Assembly: GCA_020437045.1 (NCBI GenBank)
Contig: JAGQWV010000024.1
Span: forward strand, 1 to 33,148
Source of the DNA: Saprospiraceae bacterium
GTDB lineage: Bacteria > Bacteroidota > Bacteroidia > Chitinophagales > Saprospiraceae
Reading direction: 5' to 3'
Length of the DNA stretch: 33,148 nucleotides
Both the position numbers and the translations under genes were made by a program. The notes under the pieces were generated by a model that worked only from the letters and a program-made list of their open reading frames with translations, did not search any database and was not told where the DNA came from. Of this stretch, positions 27,302-33,148 are shown in pieces (position 1 is the stretch's first letter; every line of letters starts with the position of its first letter).

Positions 27302-28048
27302 ATGTACAACGCGCAAACCATGACCGCACAAAAACAAAGGATCTTATTGGTTGAAGATGATCAAAACTTTGGAGATGTCCTGCGATCGTATTTGGAAATG
27401 CATGATTATGATGTAGTACTGGAAACCGATGGAGATGCAGGATTAAATGCATACAGAAGTGACGAATTTAATCTATGCATTTTTGATGTTATGATGCCCA
27501 AAAAGGATGGTTTCACACTAGCCAAGGAGATTCGTACAAAAGATGAAGATATGCCTATTATCTTCCTCACTGCTAAAACCATGAAAGAAGATATTCTGCA
27601 GGGTTTTAAAATTGGTGCTGATGACTATATCACCAAGCCTTTTAATTCCGAAGAATTATTATTACGCATTCAGGCTATCCTGAAGCGAAGTCAACAAAGA
27701 TCAGATACTACGGAAGATTTGAAAGAATTTGAAATTGGAAGATTTCATTTCAACTATCCGCTTCGCATTTTGACATACAAAGATGGCAATGAATCCGTGC
27801 AGGAAAAACTATCGCCGAAAGAAGCCCATCTTCTCAAAATGTTTTGCATGAAGAAAAATGATGTACTTTCCCGTTCGGAAGCATTAACCAAGATCTGGGG
27901 AGAAGACAACTATTTCACGGCCCGAAGTATGGATGTCTTTGTGACAAAGTTGAGAAAATACCTGAAGTTGGATCCGAATATCGAAATTGTCAATATCCAC
28001 GGAAATGGATTTCAGTTATTGGTGGTAGATGAGGTTGAAAAACCCTGA
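27302..28048 (+). CDS. OmpR/PhoB-family response regulator (receiver plus winged-helix domain)
   Basis: 248 aa. Receiver domain: RILLVEDD...LCIFDVMMPKKDGF...IIFLTAK. C-terminal Trans_reg_C-like region: LSPKEAHLLKMF...VLSRSEALTKIWGEDNYFTARSMDVFVTKLRKYL. An alternative ATG at 27320 (MTAQKQR...) is equally plausible. The gene lies 31 nt downstream of the kinase, so they are probably co-transcribed. Confidence 0.93.
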   Translation: MYNAQTMTAQKQRILLVEDDQNFGDVLRSYLEMHDYDVVLETDGDAGLNAYRSDEFNLCIFDVMMPKKDGFTLAKEIRTKDEDMPIIFLTAKTMKEDILQGFKIGADDYITKPFNSEELLLRIQAILKRSQQRSDTTEDLKEFEIGRFHFNYPLRILTYKDGNESVQEKLSPKEAHLLKMFCMKKNDVLSRSEALTKIWGEDNYFTARSMDVFVTKLRKYLKLDPNIEIVNIHGNGFQLLVVDEVEKP

Positions 28049-28073
28049 TCTCTTCCATTCCCGATGACAGATA

Positions 28074-28859
28074 TCAGAGACATTTTGTTCTTCCTCCGTC
28101 AACAGCCAGGCTAACACCTGTGACATACGAAGCTGCCGGAGTTGTTAGAAATGCAGCGACACCGGCAACTTCTTCCGGCTCAGCAAAACGACCCATCGGA
28201 ACGATGGTAAACAACTCATTTTGTATAGCTTCAATGGAAATCTTTCTCTGATCCGCCCAGGTTTGCATTAGGGAGTGTAATCGTTCTGTACGAGTAAATC
28301 CCGGCAGTATATTATTGATCGTTATACCAAATGGGGCGACCTCCAGGGACACGGTTTTTGCCCAACTAGCCATCGCACCACGAGTAGTATTACTGACTCC
28401 AAGACCGGGAATGGGTTCCTTCACGGAAGTAGATATTACGTTTACAATTCGACCATAGCCTGACGATTTCATACCTGGTACCAAAAGTTTCACCAAATGG
28501 TGACTGGCGATTAGATGCCGCTCCATGGCCATTCGAAATTCATCCGGATCCGCATCCAATATTGGACCACCAGGAGGGCCTCCACTGTTATTAATCAAAA
28601 TATGTATCGGTTTAGTCATCGACAATTGCCGTACTTTTTTTACCAGATCTTCATGATCTTCCAGATCAACCACCAAAAAACTATGGTTCTGAGGTACACT
28701 ATTGGGCAATTGGGTAACCAATTCTGCAAGCAAATCGGCACTTCTTGCGGCTAAGATCACGTTGGCACCCAGGGCAGCTAACTCAATAGCAATTGCTTTT
28801 CCAATTCCTTTACTTCCACCACAAACAAGGGCATTTTTACCATTTAAATCCAGATTCAT
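28074..28859 (-). CDS. Short-chain dehydrogenase/reductase (FabG-like SDR oxidoreductase)
   Basis: ORF track 28074..29081 starts at TTG and adds 74 non-SDR residues. The ATG at 28857-28859 gives MNLDLNGKNALVCGGSKGIGKAIA, placing the TGxxxGxG dinucleotide-binding motif at the usual position. NNSGG and later SDR core segments are present. Confidence 0.88.
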   Translation of the reverse strand: MNLDLNGKNALVCGGSKGIGKAIAIELAALGANVILAARSADLLAELVTQLPNSVPQNHSFLVVDLEDHEDLVKKVRQLSMTKPIHILINNSGGPPGGPILDADPDEFRMAMERHLIASHHLVKLLVPGMKSSGYGRIVNVISTSVKEPIPGLGVSNTTRGAMASWAKTVSLEVAPFGITINNILPGFTRTERLHSLMQTWADQRKISIEAIQNELFTIVPMGRFAEPEEVAGVAAFLTTPAASYVTGVSLAVDGGRTKCL

Positions 28860-29076
28860 AATTACTCCTTCGCGATTAAGGCCTAAACGATAAAAATGCA
28901 TCTTTTCCTGCATTTTTGAAAATTTAGTTGCCACTAAACAGCTGATCAGAGTGCGATCACCGACCAGATCATATAAGATTAATTCTGATCCTAAGGAATA
29001 ACGAGTTCTAACTCCAATAAGATTTATCCAGAGCTGAATAGTTGATTTACTTGCAGATTGATGATCAGCCAGAGGA

Positions 29077-29112
29077 GACAAAGCAACTTTTCATGATAAA
29101 AGCTGCTTTGTC
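29077..29112 (-). terminator. Strong hairpin 18 nt downstream of the serC stop codon, a probable terminator or 3'-end stabiliser without a U-tract
   Basis: Arms at 29077-29091 and 29098-29112 flank a 6-nt loop. In the minus-strand RNA all 15 positions pair (14 Watson-Crick plus one G-U). In the plus-strand RNA the same position is an A-C mismatch. No U-run follows on the minus strand. Confidence 0.5.
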
Positions 29113-29129
29113 ATTGGGCAATTTTATTC

Positions 29130-30200
29130 CTATCCCATCTGTTTCTCAAACTGCTGCATCACGGAGATCAAAGCTTCTACGCCTTCTCTCGGCATGGCAT
29201 TATAAATCGATGCCCGGAATCCGCCTACCGAGCGGTGACCTTTTACTCCGTCACATCCACCAGCTTTACAGAGGTCTAAAAACGGTTTCTCAAGCTCAGG
29301 ATCATTGACCAAGAATGTAACATTCATTCGAGAACGATCTTCTTCCGTAGCCACAGCCGAAAACAATGAATTTCTGGCAATCTCATCATATAAGATAGCT
29401 GCTTTATCTTCATTAGCTTTTTGAATGGCACTGACACCACCAAAATCTTTCAACCACTCCAATGTAAGCATACTCACATAAATTGGAAATACCGGTGGCG
29501 TGTTATACATGCTATCACCTTTGATATGCACCTGATAGTCTAGCATAGACGGAATATCTCTGCCTACCTTTCCCAACATATCGTTACGTACAATGACTAA
29601 AGTCACTCCAGCAGGCCCCATATTCTTTTGAGCTCCGGCATAGATAATACCGAAACGACTCACATCTACCGGTCTGCTGAATATATCGGAAGACATATCG
29701 CAAACAATAGGAATTTCACAATCAGGAAATGATTGAAATTGGGTTCCAAAAATGGTATTATTACTGGTCAGGTGCAAATAGGTAGCGTCTGAAGGAATGG
29801 TGTAATTCTTAGGAATGTACTTATACCCGTCTTCTTTACTGGAAGCTAATACATCAATTTGACCATATCGTTTGGCTTCTTTGATGGCTTTGCTCGACCA
29901 AGAACCAGTATCCACGTATGCTGCCGTACCATTTTGAGGCAGACAATTGAGCGGAACCATAAAAAACTGACTGCTGGCACCACCCGAAAGAAATAAAATA
30001 TGATGGGTATCGGGTACCTGGAGCAATTCTTTTACCAATGCCTTGGCATGTTCATGAATGGCAATAAAATCTTTACTGCGATGCGATATTTCAAGTATGG
30101 ATAAGCCGGAATTATCCAGATTCAATACTCCCTGAGCAGCCTTGTCAAAGACACTCTGAGGTAAAATCGATGGCCCGGCACTAAAATTATGGATTTTCAT
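29130..30200 (-). CDS. serC: 3-phosphoserine/phosphohydroxythreonine aminotransferase
   Basis: The ORF-track start at 30203 is TTG, and the adjacent ATG at 30198-30200 is more likely. MKIHNFSAGPSILPQ is the canonical SerC N-terminus. Other matches: FLSGGASSQF, a GAQKN segment, and GGFRASIYNAM near the C-terminus. Confidence 0.95.
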   Translation of the reverse strand: MKIHNFSAGPSILPQSVFDKAAQGVLNLDNSGLSILEISHRSKDFIAIHEHAKALVKELLQVPDTHHILFLSGGASSQFFMVPLNCLPQNGTAAYVDTGSWSSKAIKEAKRYGQIDVLASSKEDGYKYIPKNYTIPSDATYLHLTSNNTIFGTQFQSFPDCEIPIVCDMSSDIFSRPVDVSRFGIIYAGAQKNMGPAGVTLVIVRNDMLGKVGRDIPSMLDYQVHIKGDSMYNTPPVFPIYVSMLTLEWLKDFGGVSAIQKANEDKAAILYDEIARNSLFSAVATEEDRSRMNVTFLVNDPELEKPFLDLCKAGGCDGVKGHRSVGGFRASIYNAMPREGVEALISVMQQFEKQMG

Positions 30201-30238
30201 CAAATTGAGATTATTAGGTATATGTAATGATGAGGGCG

Positions 30239-30246
30239 CAAAATTA
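30239..30246 (-). promoter_or_regulatory. Candidate -7 promoter box (TAATTTTG on the minus strand) for serC
   Basis: Plus-strand caaaatta is the reverse complement of TAatTTTG. It lies 38 nt upstream of ATG 30200. Confidence 0.3.
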
Positions 30247-30379
30247 GAAAACCTCTATCAACATACCAGAGAAATTGAATTCTTTTTAAGTAGATCTGGA
30301 AAATATTTCGAATGAGAAAAACTCCACCGCCATGGCCGGTAATTCATTAAAAAGCAATCCCTTCAAGTGGCTGAAATAG

Positions 30380-30387
30380 TATCTTTG
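30380..30387 (+). promoter_or_regulatory. Candidate -7 promoter box (TATCTTTG) for ald
   Basis: Exact TAnnTTTG match 26 nt upstream of ATG 30414. It is the same octamer as the box upstream of clpB. Confidence 0.35.
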
Positions 30388-30413
30388 CAGCTCGAAAAAA
30401 TAATCGTATTGCA

Positions 30414-31526
30414 ATGATCATCGGAGTACCTAAAGAAATTAAAGCCAATGAAAACCGGGTGGCACTTACCCCTGCGGGTGTTAATGAACTCACCAAACGA
30501 GGACACTTAGTATATATCCAGACTGGTGCCGGAGAGGGTAGCGGATTTAGCGACGAAGAATATGTAGATGCCGGAGCAGTTATCCTTCCAAGCATCGAGG
30601 AGACGTACGCTAAAGCAGAAATGATCATGAAAGTAAAGGAGCCCATCGAAGAAGAATATGGTCTGATTACCGAAAATCAATTGGTATTTACATACTTCCA
30701 CTTCGCCTCCTATGAGCCGTTGACCCATGCCATGATCCACTCCAAAGCCGTCTGTCTTGCATACGAGACCGTTGAATTGTCTGACCGTACCCTTCCGCTA
30801 TTAATTCCAATGTCTGAAGTTGCCGGTAGAATGGCGGTTCAGGAAGGTGCCAAATATCTCGAGAGGCCTATGGGGGGCAGAGGGGTTCTACTGGGAGGAG
30901 TACCCGGAGTACAGCCGGGAAAAGTATTGATTTTGGGTGGTGGTATTGTTGGTACCCAGGCGGCAAAGATTGCTGCAGGACTAGGCGCAATCGTAACCAT
31001 TCTTGATGTAAATCTACATCGGTTACGATATCTCTCTGACGTGATGCCCGCCAATGTAATGACGCAATACAGCAATGAGTATAATATTCGCAATCTCATA
31101 AAAGATCATGACGTGATTATCGGAGCGGTGCTGATACCAGGCGCAAAAGCCCCTAAATTAATTACCAGAGATATGCTTTCCGATATGAAACCGGGCACCG
31201 TACTGGTCGATGTGGCGGTTGATCAAGGTGGTTGTATCGAAACCTGCCGGCCAACTACTCATGCCAATCCCATCTTTGTAATTGACGATGTAGTTCATTA
31301 TTGTGTTGCCAACATGCCCGGTGCCGTACCTTATACCTCAACTATTGCCCTTACCAATGCCACATTGCCCTATGCAATACAACTGGCTGATTTGGGATGG
31401 CAGGAAGCTTGTCGCAAGCGAATTGATTTGCGTAAAGGATTAAATGTCGTCAGGGGGAAAGTGGTCTATCAGGGAGTCGCCGAAGCGTTTGACCTGGAAT
31501 ATACCCCTGTTGATACGGTACTATAA
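30414..31526 (+). CDS. ald: L-alanine dehydrogenase
   Basis: 370 aa. MIIGVPKEIKANENRVALTPAGV is the canonical Ald N-terminus. Rossmann motif VLILGGGIVGTQAA is present, followed by VDVAVDQGGC. Confidence 0.95.
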   Translation: MIIGVPKEIKANENRVALTPAGVNELTKRGHLVYIQTGAGEGSGFSDEEYVDAGAVILPSIEETYAKAEMIMKVKEPIEEEYGLITENQLVFTYFHFASYEPLTHAMIHSKAVCLAYETVELSDRTLPLLIPMSEVAGRMAVQEGAKYLERPMGGRGVLLGGVPGVQPGKVLILGGGIVGTQAAKIAAGLGAIVTILDVNLHRLRYLSDVMPANVMTQYSNEYNIRNLIKDHDVIIGAVLIPGAKAPKLITRDMLSDMKPGTVLVDVAVDQGGCIETCRPTTHANPIFVIDDVVHYCVANMPGAVPYTSTIALTNATLPYAIQLADLGWQEACRKRIDLRKGLNVVRGKVVYQGVAEAFDLEYTPVDTVL

Positions 31527-31578
31527 CCACTCCTTCTTGCGTCAAAAAGTATCTGTCTTGCCTGTTCCTTTAAATTAT

Positions 31579-31586
31579 TAATTTTG
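31579..31586 (+). promoter_or_regulatory. Candidate -7 promoter box (TAATTTTG) with an upstream TTG at 31558-31560, for the TonB-dependent receptor gene
   Basis: TAnnTTTG match with a TTG 18 nt upstream. It would imply a 172-nt leader before ATG 31759. Confidence 0.25.
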
Positions 31587-31758
31587 GCCCCGGTTATCGT
31601 CCAACAGCTGATATTTCCTGGAGTAACCCGAATTTAAGGTAATCCCTGGTCAGCTTTTACCGGTTCTTGGGCGTTAACCTGATGAACTAGTTGAGATTTA
31701 GCCGGAGTTCGGTCCGGAGATAAATAATTTCAAGCTCAGAAAGAAAAAGCTCTACTCT

Positions 31759-33148
31759 ATGATCAGACGAATACCAAATGGGTTGCTATCTGGCATCCCG
31801 GTGTTGATTTTTTTTGCATCGTATAGCCCCTTCACAATCGCTCAACAGTCGAATGCAACCAATACCTCGTCAAGCAATGTGGAAAGAATACTTTCCGAAT
31901 TGGAAAATCAATATCATAAAAGGATATACTATCGCATCGAAGATTTACCTGCAGCGCTCAATGCCGGTAATATCGATATGGATCATACCCTTGAGGAAAA
32001 TTTGGAATTGATCCTTAAGACCACTGATCTTGGATTTCTGCCTTATCGTGGTGAGAATTTTATCATCATGCCCAGGCAACAACTAAATCAGGTATATACC
32101 GCGAGCTTTTATGAGGCTCTCCAGACTTCTCAAGAACTCGCCGCCAGTGAACAGACCAAAGAAGAAGATCTGGTTGTAGGTGATGCACGTTCACTGAATG
32201 CGTCGGGCAAGGCAACGGTCTCCGGTGTGGTGGTTCAAGATGATGATAACGAGCCGGTCATCGGCGCCACCATAGTATTCACCGACCTGGAAACCGGTAC
32301 GGCAACTGATGAAAACGGAGAATTTACCTTTGAATTGCCGGTAGGTGTACATGATATTTTGGTGAAATATGTGGGATTTGATGATCTCTATACGAAAATC
32401 AATGTCTATGGCAATGGTGCGTTGACGCTGCGACTGCGAGAGGAGGCGGTCGATCTGGATGCAGTGACGGTAAGAGCTCAGGCCGCCAATGCCAGTGTGG
32501 AAAACGTACAAATCGGAGTCGCCACCCTGGATCTAAAGAACATACGAAAGGTGCCGGCATTGCTTGGAGAAGCCGACGTTGTAAAAAATCTGCTCTTAAA
32601 CCCCGGAGTTAGTTCGTTAGGAGAAGGTTCCACTGGATTTAATGTTCGAGGAGGAAATGTTGATCAAAATCTCGTACAGCAAGATGAGGGATTCTTTTTC
32701 AACTCCTCTCACGCCCTGGGTTTCTTCAGTACCTACAACGCAGACTTACTAAGTACCGTAGATTTATATAAAGGTAATATGCCCGCTCAGTACGGAGGCA
32801 GATTGGCCAGTGTCCTGGATGTAGAGACCAAGAATGGCGATTTCGAAGCCTTTAAATTTAAAGCCGGTGTTGGTCCGGTCACAAGTCGACTTAGTTTGGA
32901 AGGCCCCATCGTAAAAGACAAAGTCTCATTTATCGCCGGAGCCCGCTCTTCCTACTCTGATTGGATTCTCAAACAAGTCAAAGTCCTGGAAGTCCAGAAG
33001 AGTTCGGCTTTTTTCTACGATGCAAATTTTCGTCTTTCTATCAAACCATCGACTAAGAGTACCATTGTATTGTCTGCTTATGCCACTGAAGATGATTTTT
33101 CCTATAATGAGGAATTTGGCTTTGATTATGGCACCTTAATGGGGCAAC
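31759..33148 (+). CDS. TonB-dependent outer-membrane receptor (STN-like N-terminal domain, carboxypeptidase-regulatory-like domain, plug); 3' end lies beyond the window
   Basis: Absent from the ORF track because no stop codon occurs before the window ends. I translated from ATG 31759 to 33147 without a stop. Signal: MIRRIPNGLLSGIPVLIFFASYSPFTIAQQ. STN-like segment: ERILSELENQYHKRIYYRIEDLP...LEENLELILKTTDLGFLPYRGENFIIMP. CarboxypepD_reg-like segment: VSGVVVQDDDNEPVIGATIVFTDLETGTATDENGEFTFELPVGVHDILVKYVGF. Plug: LGEADVVKNLLLNPGVSS...GFNVRGGNVDQNLVQQDEG...LYKGNMPAQYGGRLASVLDV. Confidence 0.88.
   Translation, partial: MIRRIPNGLLSGIPVLIFFASYSPFTIAQQSNATNTSSSNVERILSELENQYHKRIYYRIEDLPAALNAGNIDMDHTLEENLELILKTTDLGFLPYRGENFIIMPRQQLNQVYTASFYEALQTSQELAASEQTKEEDLVVGDARSLNASGKATVSGVVVQDDDNEPVIGATIVFTDLETGTATDENGEFTFELPVGVHDILVKYVGFDDLYTKINVYGNGALTLRLREEAVDLDAVTVRAQAANASVENVQIGVATLDLKNIRKVPALLGEADVVKNLLLNPGVSSLGEGSTGFNVRGGNVDQNLVQQDEGFFFNSSHALGFFSTYNADLLSTVDLYKGNMPAQYGGRLASVLDVETKNGDFEAFKFKAGVGPVTSRLSLEGPIVKDKVSFIAGARSSYSDWILKQVKVLEVQKSSAFFYDANFRLSIKPSTKSTIVLSAYATEDDFSYNEEFGFDYGTLMGQ

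Noticed and set aside
28860-29081. The ORF track gives a 74-residue N-terminal extension to the SDR gene. Similar extensions occur at 1352-1423, 5137-5175, 12470-12514, 16329-16355, 17265-17315 and 30201-30203.
   Set aside because: Each extension begins at TTG or GTG. A downstream ATG restores a canonical N-terminus or signal peptide. Two extensions contain a -7 promoter box, and the SDR extension runs through the serC 3' hairpin.
31527-31758. A possible riboswitch (cobalamin or TPP) in the leader of the TonB-dependent receptor gene, prompted by AACCTGAT, TGAGA and AGCCGGAG...GGTCCGGAGA strings.
   Set aside because: The TPP-like elements are in the wrong order. The cobalamin core (GGGAA...GGTG and a proper B12 box) is absent. 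The receptor's domain layout is not BtuB-like. Only weak 5-bp stems are present.
1-33148. A search of the whole window for CRISPR repeats, tRNA or rRNA genes, transposase, integrase or phage genes, toxin-antitoxin pairs, restriction-modification or other defence genes.
   Set aside because: None was found. Every long ORF is accounted for by a housekeeping or envelope function, the intergenic regions are short, and no long direct or inverted repeats were seen. The window does not look like an accessory island.

Overview
This window looks like a gene-dense chromosomal segment from a member of the Bacteroidota. Three things support that: the type IX secretion translocon gene sprA, a fused murF-alr gene, and TAnnTTTG-type -7 promoter boxes with no Shine-Dalgarno sequences. 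I call 20 protein-coding genes. In order they are: a fasciclin-domain protein (runs off the left edge); two small lipoproteins; a 1,023-aa outer-membrane protein combining an HExxH peptidase, PD40 propeller repeats and an Omp85-type barrel; clpB; three co-directional SurA/PpiD-like chaperone genes with overlapping stop/start codons; murF-alr; purD; ruvA; sprA; a secreted PDZ protein divergent from a histidine kinase/OmpR-type regulator pair; an SDR oxidoreductase; serC; ald; and a TonB-dependent receptor (runs off the right edge). Several ORF-track models begin at TTG or GTG codons. I trimmed these to the downstream ATG where a signal peptide or a conserved N-terminus supports it. I found no rRNA, tRNA, CRISPR array, transposase, integrase, phage gene or recognisable defence gene, and the content is mostly housekeeping and envelope biogenesis. 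I therefore do not see convincing evidence for a new multi-gene system. The observations most worth follow-up are the peptidase-propeller-Omp85 protein, the PDZ plus two-component module next to sprA, the charged C-terminal tail on ClpB, and a strand-asymmetric 15-bp hairpin after serC. All protein family calls come from reading motifs by eye, not from searches.
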